From Octopus vulgaris (Eukaryota), in NCBI GenBank assembly GCA_951406725.2, contig OX597832.1, positions 1,364,001 through 1,428,000 on the forward strand: 64,000 bases of DNA, in the 5' to 3' direction. Every line of letters starts with the position of its first letter. Position 1 is the stretch's first letter. The notes below the pieces were generated by a model. The model saw nothing but the letters and a program-made list of their open reading frames with translations. It was not told the DNA's origin and did no database searches. Below are positions 42,301 through 54,519 of the stretch, one piece after another. The position numbers were made by a program, and so were the translations under genes.

Positions 42301-42901
42301 TATCTTAATAGATAAATACATTTTTCTATCTATTTTTTTACCTTAAAATTTAATATTTAACATAATGATTGGGTTGTATGACATAATCCTAATGATTTAA
42401 GTTTCTAATTTGATAATAGAGTCTTTTATAAGAAAAATTATTACTTTATTTTTTTCTTAAAATATATTGTTTAAATCTATTTGCTTATTTATTTAACTAT
42501 TATCATTAAACTGAAGATTGACTATAATTATAATTCGAATTTTTAATTGAATTTAAATTAATTCGAATTGAATTATGGCCATGAAACGTACGTAGTGGTT
42601 TTACTTATCATATTATATTAAACTTTTTAATACTTTTTATAAATATTAATAAATTAATTAATTAAAAATTTAAAAAATAATAAATTAAAAGTTTTAAAAT
42701 TTATAAATTAAAATTTTTAAAAAATATAAAAATATAAAAATTTATAAGTATAAATTTTAAATTTAAATAATTTAAATTCTAAATTTTATATTTTATTTAT
42801 TTTGTATATTATATTAATTATATTTATTTTTGTTTTGATTTATGTCCTTCACTGTTTGATTTGCCTAATAGTGGTTTTATCTCTAATTTAATTTATATTT
42901 A
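39371..42901. mobile_element. 3.5-kb very AT-rich fold-back element with nested inverted repeats
   Basis: Outer arms ~39371-39589 / 42683-42901; inner arms ~39588-40304 / 41331-41993; no ORF in the interior; (TA)n on the left, (TAT)n/(TA)n ~60 bp to the right. Confidence 0.85.
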
Positions 42902-42962
42902 TACTGTGAAATTTGATTTAATCCTAAATCTAATTTTTCCCTGTAAGTTTGGATATACTCCC

Positions 42963-43051
<89 letters not shown>

Positions 43052-43638
43052 GGGATATATATATACACAAGATAAGGAATAAATAATGTTCATTACATAT
43101 TTTTCTTTATTGTAGTAAATTTGATTTATAGCTGTTTCCATTAATCATTATAGGTTTGTTAGAGATTGGTTTACACAATCAGTTGAGGAAAATTGAATGA
43201 CTTAGAAAATTAATGTTACTTTCATCAGTCATTTCTGGTTATAACCAAGCAGAACACTGAAAGAATAGTACAGTTACGGGGCGTGGGGTGGGGGAGCAAA
43301 GAGAAGCATTAAGTATAAGGTAAATAGAAGAGAGATGAAGAGGAAAGGGGAAGGGAAGTGATGATTTGGGAAATAAGGACTACAGAGGAAAGAAGGAAAG
43401 AAAAGAAGAGAGGAAAGAATAGAAATAATAGAGGAGGGGAGGCATTCAACAGAAGAAGGGACACGATGGTTGAAATTGAAGAAGGGATAGTCATAAAAAT
43501 ATTAGTGTTTGTAATTGCGTTATCACACACAAATCATTTGCATTGACTACAGATCAGATATTGTGCATGCAAGCAAGCTCACTTGAATTAATTGTATCAC
43601 AGTTGCATACTTCTAATACTTTGCTAATTGATTTTCAG

Positions 43639-43709
43639 TTTTTGCTTATGGATTAATATCTATTGGTTTGGCCTTTATGGTGTCATATGTTGGAGGATCA
43701 CTAACACAG
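43639..43709 (+). CDS. SLC5 symporter exon D
   Basis: tttcag acceptor and gtaaat donor; (V)FAYGLISIGLAFMVSYVGGSLTQ; phase 1 to 0. Confidence 0.92.
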
Positions 43710-43850
43710 GTAAATTGAGCTTCTAGCAACATTTTGTTTGAATGATAGAGTAGCAGTTGATTTATGGAGAGTATAAAGTTTCTAAAACTGAGATTTGAAA
43801 AATCTCAATTGTAAACTTGTATGTTTATCTACCGTTTTTTCACTCTTCAG

Positions 43851-43937
43851 ATAGCTGGGATTTTGATAACAGTTTTTAGTGCACCACTGACAGGACTCCA
43901 GTTCTATGCAACACTATTTCCATGGGCAAAATCTCGG
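43851..43937 (+). CDS. SLC5 symporter exon E
   Basis: cttcag acceptor and gtaaga donor; IAGILITVFSAPLTGLQFYATLFPWAKSR (P..G.....FPWA motif); phase 0 to 0. Confidence 0.92.
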
Positions 43938-44199
43938 GTAAGATAATGAAAATATGCATTAAACTGTTTAAAATACAATATAGCTAAATGCTTAGTGATG
44001 CTTGAAATGTTAGAATACTTATGTAATGTAAGCAATCATTTTAGTTATTTCTAATTAACCACTATTCTTAATCAACCACTTTTTGCATTCTTTTCTTTTA
44101 TAGATATAAAAATAGTTAATGCTAACTAAAAAATTTACATTTTCTACTAAATTCAACAGAATTTTTAGAGAATTTCATTGAATGTTAAATGTATTAATA

Positions 44200-44660
44200 G
44201 TGGTTTCAAATTCTGGCACAAGGCCAGCAATTTTATGGGATGGGGTAAGTCAATTATATCACCCTCAATGCTCATCTGGTACTTAATTTTATCGACCCAA
44301 CAAAGATGAAATGCAAAGTTGACCTTGATAGAATTTGAACTCAGAACATAAAGATGGACAAAATACCAACCACTAAGCATTTTTCTCAGCATGCTAAGAA
44401 TTCTTCCAGCTCACCACCCTACTAAACTTACTAATATTATATTCTAAATAAGGTAGCGAACCCACAGAATCATTAGTATGCTGGGTAAAAGCTTAGTGGC
44501 ATTTTGTCCATCTTTATGTTCTGAGTTCAAACTCTGATGAGGTAAACTTTGCCTTTCATCCTTTCAGCGTCAGTAAAATGAGTACCATTTGAGCACTGGG
44601 GCCAATATAATTGATTTACTCCCTTCTCTGAACTTGCTGGTTTTGTGCCAAAATTTGAAG
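44200..44660. mobile_element. Head-to-head pair of tRNA-derived SINEs (same family as 29716-30582)
   Basis: Minus copy ~44200-44418 and plus copy ~44451-44660 (gagttcaaact...ctttgcctttcatcctttc). Confidence 0.8.
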
Positions 44661-45109
44661 TCAATATAACATTCTAAGCAACACTTCTAAATATCAATCA
44701 AATTCTCTTCTGAAATGGTATTTTGTGCTTTGTTAAAACAACTCTTTCCTCAGGTGATATTAGGACCTTTGGATTTGGTACTGTAATTTCAGGCTTCATA
44801 CATTTTCTGCAATTCAACATTTCTACAATGAGATGATTTAAGCTAAAGAAACTTGATGGAAACTTCTGAAACTTGAGAAAGAGATGTAGGACATATTTGT
44901 AATGAATGTTCACTTGTATAGTAAATTCTTCACTGAAATCAAGTGAAATCATAATTTTCTTATAAGTAGCTTATATTCCATTTCGCTAGTCATTTTCACT
45001 TATTTCGCCCATGATCCTGCTGGAACAATATTGATACTAATCATTTTCCTTAACGACTTCTCAAGATAAATTTTGGATGACTGGGATCAATTTAATCAAT
45101 TGCATGTAT

Positions 45110-45606
45110 TTCAGGCACTTGCCATATTCTGAACGCTTTACTTCCCTGGGCATGGATACATTGAAACTCCAACGTCTGGCAGCTGACTTGGCAGACACCC
45201 ATAAAATTATCAACCATCTTACTAACAATAACTCTGAGCACCTTTTCAAACTCCACCTGTCTAACATCCGTGGACATGTTTACAAAGTCAGAAAACAACA
45301 CAGTTCCCAGGACTTTCCAAAAAATTTTTTCATGCTAAGAGTTGCTGAAGCATGGAACAGACTGCCGGCATCAGTTGTTAGTTGTCAGAGCACTGCATCC
45401 TTCAAAACTTCCATGCTTCCTGAGATTCGTCAACACTACACCTGATTTTCTCCCCTCCATACACACGCAAACATGTATCTGACCCATACATTGTTCACTT
45501 TCCAGACATTTGTACATTACTGCATATGCTTTATATGCACTTTTGATAAGTTGTGGTGCACCTGAGCACTGTATACAATAATCTCATTATTATTTTATTA
45601 TTATTG
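45110..45606 (+). mobile_element. CR1/L2-group LINE 3' fragment
   Basis: LPYSERFTSLGMDTLKLQRLAADL, RGHVYK and FFMLRVAEAWNRLP; (TAT)n tail. Confidence 0.85.
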
Positions 45607-47759
45607 TTTAGTCCCAAATCAATGCAAAGATCAAAAGTGTTTCAGTTTTGATCTTGTCATTTAATGGTATCTAGGACTACATTATCCTGTGTGTATTATT
45701 TTTTAAAACTGGGGTGTGGTTTGAGGGAGATTTGGTTACTGTTTGTAGCAGGTGGAGTGACCAAGTGGTTATCTGGTGTTTGTGTAAGAAGTCTTTGTTT
45801 TCATTGTCTTCCTTCAGTTAGAAAGATAAGTTTGATTTGTGTTTGGTAGGGGTGTGAAGTCTTCCCTTTCTCAAGACAAACTATATTTATCAACTTTATA
45901 AAATACAAGGTCAGAGGTGGGAAGAGGAACTGAGAATGTGAGAGTTTATTTATTTATCATCATCATCGTTTAACAGGGAAATAAAAAGAATTCAGTAAAA
46001 ATGGAGCTATTTCATTTATCTATCACCATAGGTCTTTTGTAAAGTATATTTTAAATAAACTATATTCTTGGCTTAGATCTCATGAGACTGAATTTGTTTT
46101 TTTTTTTATCTCAGCTTTTTAGATCAGTAGTTACTAAACCTTTTCTATACCCTGCACTCTGAGGAAATATTGGATTACTTTTTGCACCCCCTACAAAAAT
46201 AATAGATTTGAAGATGAAAACTTATCAGTTTTCTATTTAATATAAATGTAATAGAAATATATTATCTGCTTTAACTGAAAAAAAAAATCCTGGAAGTGAG
46301 ACAGTATGTGATATACATTTCCTTTGTATATTCTTAGACTATTTCTCTAATTCTCTCACTCTCTCTTTCAACTCCTTTAGCACATCAACATTCAGTATTT
46401 TTACCTGAATGTCTCAACCAAAAAATAACACTTCTCAAATGCTCACCAGCTCCAACTGAACTTCAACCTCACACTTCACCTTCTGATAAAAATATAAGTC
46501 ACATATCCTATATATCTCCAAGAAACAAATCTTTCAGTTTTTATTAACAACCCTGATACTCTATCCAAACTACACTATGTATTAAATTTTTACTCCCAGA
46601 AGTGATATCTGTACATATGTAGATTTCTCACTCCCTGTTGCTTACTGTTCTCATTTGAATATTGCAACAAGGACTTCCAGTTACTTTAACTCAAAGTCTC
46701 CCTTTCCCTCTCATCTAAATGCATTTACTTCTTATGTCAGCTTCTCTCCACCAACAATTCATCACTAATATCTCTTCTTACATTGAAGATATTTCATCTT
46801 TGTCTCAAGTTATCATCTGATTCATCAAATCAATAAGTTAACTAATTTTTGCAATATTACTCAAACAATGTGCTCTAGAGTTAATCTTTATTAGAGTTAA
46901 TCAAAATGTCCAAGCTTCTAAGAAAATAATCTGTTCTTCTCTAAACATGAATAACACTCAACAAAAGTGTCAACATCTCTACAACCGATGAGATCTGGTG
47001 ATCTCACATATCAACATGACAATGACTGTCACAAAGTGCAGTGCCTTCAGGATTAGAAAATATTTCAGCTCTCAACAGTTACTAACCCTATACAAAACTT
47101 GATTGCAACCCACAACAAAATACTGCTTCCACCTCTGGAACAGTGTTGTTACTATGCTGATAGACATCCTTGGCTTCATTCAAAAAAAGGGTAATCTTTT
47201 GATATGAAATTGCTAAGCAACACACTTAACACTAGCCTTGTCAGAAGGCATACTGTCTCCTTACACAGTCTCTTCTTCCATTATTCCAGAGACTTTTGTT
47301 GTGGACTCAAAGGTTGGAGCTGGCTCAACTCATCCTGAGTGAATGCTGATACAAGTACATGTAAGTCTGCTTCTGGGAGATAGTTGCTCTCAGGTCACCT
47401 CCTCACAGGCACACTCAACTTACTTGTCTCTCCTCTCATCACCCAGATGGTGTTTTCCCCAACCACCACCCATCTCACACTAAATTGCTTCACACAGTCT
47501 TTCTTCTTCAGGACATCTGTTTTCTAGAATTATCTCTCTATCCATGTTTTTTTTCTTGCAGCTTTCAGCTTGCAGTTGTTCATGAAGAACATCAAATGTA
47601 TAAATCTTATTGGTCCTAGAGAGCTACAAAGGCCATGAACCCATTCATACAAACTATTGAACATTACAGACCAAACTATTGAACATATTAAATAATTTAA
47701 ACCCGAAATGTTAAAACCCCATAATCTCCCATGGTGCCACATGCCAGTTCCACATGTGT

Positions 47760-49100
47760 AATGTCCTCAAAATTGCATCATGAAGACTAAGATTCCTCTT
47801 TAGTGCCAAGAATGAATTCAGCCCTGACTCCTAACACACTTCTAGTAAGATTCACATAAGTATGCTGCTCACATCTATAAGATGATGCTTGCTTATGGAT
47901 CTTCATCTAAAGATCTTTTGATGATTGCACACCCCATTTCTTGATGTTCAAGTACAGTCATAGATGGTTGGAAAAGCTAGGTGTAACTTTGCATACATAC
48001 CTCTCTTTTAACATCACTTGATATTACTGAATGACTTTCTTCCCATCTTCAATTACCCTCAAACACCAAAAGATAGTGAGAACACTGAGATGAATGGCAG
48101 ATAACAATGTCTCCCATTCTCGAAGAGGTGAAGTGGATTCTCTTCAAAGGGATCTTCAGCTGATTTTTCAACCACTTCTTTGATCCTTCAGTTAAGCTGG
48201 CTGTAAATAGCAGATGTCTGACTCACATCTACAAGGTAGCTGAGAATCAGATATCTGTTATTTATGTCTGAGCTGTGTTCGTTGATACTTGTACAGTGTA
48301 GATTAAATTCTGAAAGGACCTTCTGAAGACACTGAATGTTAAAGACCTCCAGGCTCTTAATATGTTAATAAAGGGAAAATACAGACTGTGCAGTAGAGGA
48401 AAGTATTTATTTTGAGGTTGAAATATTTGTTTAAAAAGACACTTTTTCTGAGCTTTCCAAAGGATACTGTGGCCTGTCTCCAATGGTTTAGAATCTATTG
48501 TTGTAGAATCTGTAATTGCTGAAAATAAAACTGCCATAGTATCAAAGTCAGGCAGGTTTGGCCAGTTGTTGCTGTTGTATTGAGAAAGTGGAAAGGAAGA
48601 TAGGAACTGTGTGCCATTGACAAAAAAAACTCATTTTCAAAATGTTAAGAGTTAGTACCATTCTTTCATAGCTGTAACAGCTACTGGGTTTGTAGCCCAT
48701 TGGGCTTCTAGAGTGTACTCCACAAATATAATGAACTGGTCTTAATGTTGTTTCCTCTATTTTCTCTAAAACTGTCTTGTAATGAAAATCATGTTTGCTG
48801 TACCTTGGTCCCTGCAGAAGCTGTACTGTGATTCTGCTGTGATGTTTCTGATATTGATCAGACCAGTCTTTTGAATTTGATCTTAGATAGAACCTTTCCC
48901 ATAACAGACTAGGGTGCTACACCCTTACAGCTGGAAGAAACAGATATTCCTCCTTTCTTTTTGTAGTTACTGAAGATATAGCAGCCTTCTAATGTACTCT
49001 TGGTTCTGTGATATAACAATGAAGCACTCATGTAAAGGTTTCAGTCCTCCTTCAAGATTTCTGATGGAATGTTGTCCAGGAAATTTCTAGTTTTTTATAG
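47760..49100 (-). mobile_element. Old LINE RT fragment, probably RTE/BovB-like
   Basis: Minus strand hints of ESQYSFCRDQGTANMIF and FNLH; heavily decayed. Confidence 0.45.
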
Positions 49101-49214
49101 CAGCACTAATGGTTTCTAATTTGAGCACAGGTCTGGTGATTTTTTGGGAAAGGTTGGCGATTTTGTGGGGAGGGGCTGGTCAGTTTCATTAACCCCAGTG
49201 TTTCACTGCTACTT

Positions 49215-49545
49215 GGCTTTGTCCCATGTTTTCCTGGGTCTCCCTCTTCCAAGACTTCCATCCACTTTAAGTGATCAGTACTTCTTTATACAACTGTCCT
49301 TATTCATATGCATCACATGACCAAACAGTCTTTTCTCTTGCATACTACTCATAATTTCTCTTATGCTTAATTTTTCTTTCAATACACTAGTGCTCTGTTG
49401 CACATGTACACTGCCATTGCACATCTGCAGAGCATGCAAACTTCATTCCTCTCTATCCTTTGCATGTCCTCTACATTCTCCATTCTTTGCATGTCCTTTG
49501 CATGTCCTCCGTCCACATCTCTCTATCATGTAGCCTTGCAGTCTC
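49215..49545 (-). mobile_element. RTE LINE C-terminal fragment
   Basis: Reverse complement of GRGRPRKTW and RRL..GHVM.M motifs. Confidence 0.7.
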
Positions 49546-49746
49546 AGGTAAGTTGGTATCAAAATTGTTAAAGTGGAAAGTGGCAAATTTAAATAATTGA
49601 AAGACGTCTTTTTGCCTGTAATAAATTGATGTTAATAGATGAAAGAATTTAAATGTTTTAGTCAGTTTTTAAACCAAAACCAGATGAACAAAATGTTTTT
49701 ATAAATTAAGAAATCATGTAATAAGAATATCAATTTTTTTTTGCAG

Positions 49747-49961
49747 GGAACATTAATAGGAGCAACTTTAAGTACTATCATAACGCTATGGATGGCTGCT
49801 GGAGCTAGTTTTTCTCCAACTCGGCTGATAACACCCTTTTTACCTCCAGCATCAATTGACAAATGCTTTTTACCAAACACAACATTTGTTTCTGTTCAGA
49901 ATGAAACAGAATTATTCATCACTACAGAAAAAACAATTCTTTCTACAAATCCACAAGAAAT
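49747..49961 (+). CDS. SLC5 symporter exon F
   Basis: ttgcag acceptor and gtaaat donor; GTLIGATLSTIITLWMAAGASFS...LPPASIDKC..NTT...NET (transmembrane helix plus extracellular loop with N-glycosylation sequons); phase 0 to 2. Confidence 0.92.
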
Positions 49962-51031
49962 GTAAATATTTGTCTTTTAAATGATTATTTCTTATGATTG
50001 ACATAGTAATAAGAAATCTTTTAAGATCTATTATGCTTTAATTTCCCCAATTTTCCTTCATATATAAACAGAAGGGATATCTTAATATCAAGGATGTACT
50101 TTCAGATTTTTAGCTTGCAATTTCAAATTTGTTGAGAAGAAAGCTTTAGTTACATGTTCTGGTTAGAAGGTACATTAAAAATGTAAAAAAGAATATTCAC
50201 ATTAATATTAATATCTTACTATCTTAATCAGCAGAAATTACAAAGTGACACAAAGGCTAAAAGTTTCTGCCTATGAAAATAATAAAATATATATATATAT
50301 ATATATACATGTATTGAATTCTATTTATCCAGTTTGTTCTACTAAACCTAATTACTGTACAAAATTGGAAGTTATTTACACTAACATTTATATTATTCAT
50401 TTTTATCCTGAAATTTTGTGGAGGCTTGTCAGACCTGTACTTGTAAATCTACTTGAAAATTATGTTAAGGATATGTGTATCAGTGGAATACTTAGCCTCT
50501 AATACAGTATATCATCATCATTGTATAATCAAATATGTCAATGTACATCAGCTAAGAAAAGCTGATCATGTACATGTGTAACAAATCTAAATTGAACAGA
50601 AAAAATAGCCTTGTAATCTGAAATATGATATTATTCTCAATGTTGAACAGGCAAATATGGATTAAACACAACATAGATGGAATAAATTTGTTCAATTGAT
50701 TTTATGCATGTTTTTCTATGCTCGGCCATAATGGATATATAATAATGTACACTTTGATTAAAATGCCCACTCTGTGCATATATTTTCTGACTTATGGATT
50801 CTTAGACAGTTATATATATGTATATATACACACATAAGACAAGGCTTAAATAATGGTCGTTATTTATATGTTGTCTTGTATACTACCCTGTGTAAAAATC
50901 AGTTTAACTGGAACACACCCATAATACACAGAGTTCTTTGCTAATCTAAACAACACTGTTAGCCTTGTGTATTAACAAAGAGCTTATAAAGAATTTTGCC
51001 CAGATTCATAATCCCTCACTAATAACTCGGT

Positions 51032-51087
51032 TATGTATGTATGTATGTATGTATGTATGTATGTATGTATGTATGTATGTATGTATG

Positions 51088-51121
<34 letters not shown>

Positions 51122-51172
51122 TGTATCTGTGTGTGTGTATGTGCATGTGCATGCACGTGTGTGTGTGTGTGT
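51032..51172. repeat. (TATG)n/(TG)n microsatellite
   Basis: Directly visible. Confidence 0.98.
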
Positions 51173-51992
51173 GCTCCTCTGAATAGCAGTTTAGTATATA
51201 TACTCTCATACAAAATAGGTTTTTCAGTTGATCCATCAGCTGCAATGCTCATCGTTGAAATTAATGGACAATTCATTTACATTTATAACTTATTTAAAAA
51301 TGAAATCAAGCAAAACTAAATGAATTAAATTCCTTTCTCTTGGCTTAAAATTTATTACTGATAAATGACAATACAAAAATGTTACTTAACTGCTGAAGAG
51401 AGTATACTTTCTTGGTAGATTGGAAAAATTAAATGACTATGATAAACATCACTGTGTACTCAATGAAAAGAATTTCAGTGTAAAACATGAACTTAAGCCT
51501 ATAATAAATCAGGTACAATAGTTGTAGGCTTAGGTGCAAAACTACTGACCACAACATGGTTAATAGTTTTGCCTTACTACTAGGGCCATTGAGTGATGAA
51601 CACAACTCTACTCACTTTAATTTGGGTGACAAGGATAAGTTCCACTTAAACTTCATGTTTGAATGATTACTTGTGGAAAGGCCATCCAAATCTGTAAAAG
51701 CAACTGCTCCATCAAAAAGACCTATCCCACTGATGTAAAAATAGCAAAATGGATATAAAAAATATGTACTGATGTAGGTAAACAGAAAGATTGAAAATAA
51801 GGAAGAAGAAAGCATAGTTATAATTTCTGCAGCTAAATTGTTTTCAAAAATCACTATTATCAAATGAATTTAAGAATTTTATTTCATTGTTTCAATTTGT
51901 AAATTTGTTAACTAAAAACCCATCTTTTATTGTTCGAGATACTCCATTATATTGAAGTATATTGACATTCAATATTTTGTTTCTGTTTTCAG

Positions 51993-52087
51993 TCATGGTC
52001 TTGACAAATTCTATTCCTTGTCTTACACACTAATTGGAGTCATTGGAATTGTAACAGTAATCATTATTGGAACCATCATTGATTTTC
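51993..52087 (+). CDS. SLC5 symporter exon G (last transmembrane helix; 3' boundary uncertain)
   Basis: tttcag acceptor; (I)HGLDKFYSLSYTLIGVIGIVTVIIIGTIIDF (YSLSY motif); weak donor C|gtaact at 52088, otherwise the frame reads through to TAA at 52123-52125. Confidence 0.85.
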
Positions 52088-54519
52088 GTAACTATTTTAA
52101 CTACTTTTTAAAAATCTTTTTTTAAAATATGTTTGAGAGTTTGTAAAATACCCATGTATTAGTTTTTAATTGCTCTTACTATTTCATAATGTGCAGATCA
52201 TAAGCCATTCCAAGAAAATGTAGATTGTCTTCTGTGTTTAAAATGCCCCATCTTCATCATGAATCAATAAAGAAAACATAAAGCTCCCACTCAATGCCAA
52301 AATATTCAACAACTTCAGATACAGCTGACACTACCTTTCTCCAATAAAACTGTACATGGTACGGAGTCTGCATACCTGGTAATGTTTTTAAAGAATGTTT
52401 GTAGCTGTTTCTCTGAGATTTTCATGTTAAATCTATTATTGAAGGATTGATATGATATTTTTAAGCGAATGCCCATGTGGACTCATGACTTGCTATATTA
52501 ATTGAACAAGGTCATAAATGTTTTTTCTTTTGGTTAAGGTGTTGAAAAGCTCTTGTAGGGTTTTCCATTTTAAAACTTTTGAGCCACAATTACCAATTAG
52601 TTGACATGTGTCATGTCAAGCATAGAGTCAACAATAATAAAGCAGTAGTTGGTGTCTTGGATGTTAATATAATTCTCAACTTTATCTTGCACATGTGTTT
52701 CCAAGATTCTGTCAATTCTTTGTACACAGTTTTGGATAGATAAGTGGTATTTACTTTTTCATTCTTACATCTATTGAGATATTCATGTAAAAATAGGTCG
52801 AACTCTGCAATAAATTTAATAGTTCCCATCAAGTCATTATATGGTGAACCTCACTTTTTCTCATGAACTTTAAATACCAAACTTCTTTTGCTTAAAAACT
52901 TTATAACAGCTCAAACTTTTTCCAATACTTCAAAACAGTACTCTGTTTTTTCTCATCTGTTCTTCAATGTTTTTATTTGATTTTCTAATTATCCAATACA
53001 AATCATCCCTTATGTTCCATGTTATCTTCATGGTTCTTTGGAGTTCAGAATATATTCATACATCTCTGTCTCCCTTTCCAAAAAATAAACCTGTTGTGAG
53101 TAATGTTTGGCATTTAGAAAACTTTGAATAAATTAACCAGGATCTCATTATGATCTGGCCATTTTTCAATAGTTTTCAAATTATTTGCTTTTTGTAAACC
53201 CAACTAGATTCAGTATTTACAACAACTGTTTTTTTATTTACAAAAAAAAAAAAAAGAATCAATTTTGCAGTAAACAATTCTGTATGAAATAATTACCATT
53301 ATTGTGGGCTAGTTTGTGAGGTCTCAGCAATCTTTTGGAATCACTGAATTTGTTTTGTGGATTCTATGACACCCTATTGCGGACTACCTCGTTGACAAAT
53401 GACAGTGACCTTCTCTTCGTGGCAGGTGATTTCAATGGACATGTCGGACGGCATGTCGGGGCTTCCATGGCGTCCATGGAGGCTACGGTTTTGGCTCTCG
53501 TAATGAGGAGGGAACCAGGCTGCTGGAGTTCTGCGATGCAAATGACCTTATGGTCTGCAATACCAACTTCAGGAAACCCACCTCTCACCTAGTCACCTAC
53601 CGTTCTGGCAGACACACCAGCCAGATTGACTACATCCTTGCCAGAAAAAGGGAAAGAGGGCTGATTATAAACGCCAAAACCTTTCCAGGCGAAGAATGTA
53701 CTCCTCAACATAGATTAGTAGTTAGCGACTTCAGGATCAGAGCTAAATGGTTGCCCAGAAGAAGACCAGCTTGGAGGAGAAGGGTCTGGAAGCTTAAAGA
53801 TCCTGCAAATGGACAGAGATTTAGAGACATACTACTCGAAGCCTTTGACGAAATAGAAGGGGATATAGCTTCACTTAATGTGGAAGACATCTGGAGATTT
53901 CTACGAGACAATCTGCTGACAGCCACTGACCAGATCTGTGGATGGAGCAAAGTACCATCTCGACCCAGAGTAACATGGTGGTGGAACACTGTGGTTGACA
54001 GGGCTATTAGACAAAAGAGACAGGCTTGGAAGGACTGGAAGAACGGTGGTAGCAGGGAATTGTATCAGACAGCCAGAAGGGAAGCTAGGAGACAGGTCTA
54101 TTTAGCCAGAGGGGAAGCGGATAAGAAAAAATTTGCCAATGTTCTGCGCCGTGAGGATGAAAGACTTGAGGTATTTCGTGTTGCAAGACAGTGTGTGAGA
54201 GAGAATCGTGACGTGGTAGGAGAGAAGTGTGTTCGCATGGAAGATGGTTCACTTGCACTAAATGAGGATGCAAAGAGAGAGGTTTGGAGATGCCACTATG
54301 AAAGGTTGCTGAATAAAGAAAATGAATGGGATAAAGAGAGTCTGCCGAATGTTGACCCAACAGAGGGACCAGCTATCCGAGTTGATAGTTCCGTGGTAGC
54401 TAAGGCAATTAGAAGCATGAAGACAGGGAAAGCCCCAGGCCCATCAGGAATTACTGCAGAGATGCTCAAAATATCTGGCAGTGTCGGCTATAACCTAGTC
54501 ACCCATATAGTCAAACCAG

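Noticed and set aside
39371-42901. Mitochondrial insertion (NUMT) or control region
   Set aside because: AT-rich, but no recognisable mitochondrial tRNA, rRNA or protein motif; a BLAST search would settle it
46320-47520. Very old LINE-like sequence on the + strand
   Set aside because: Too decayed to assign from motifs by eye
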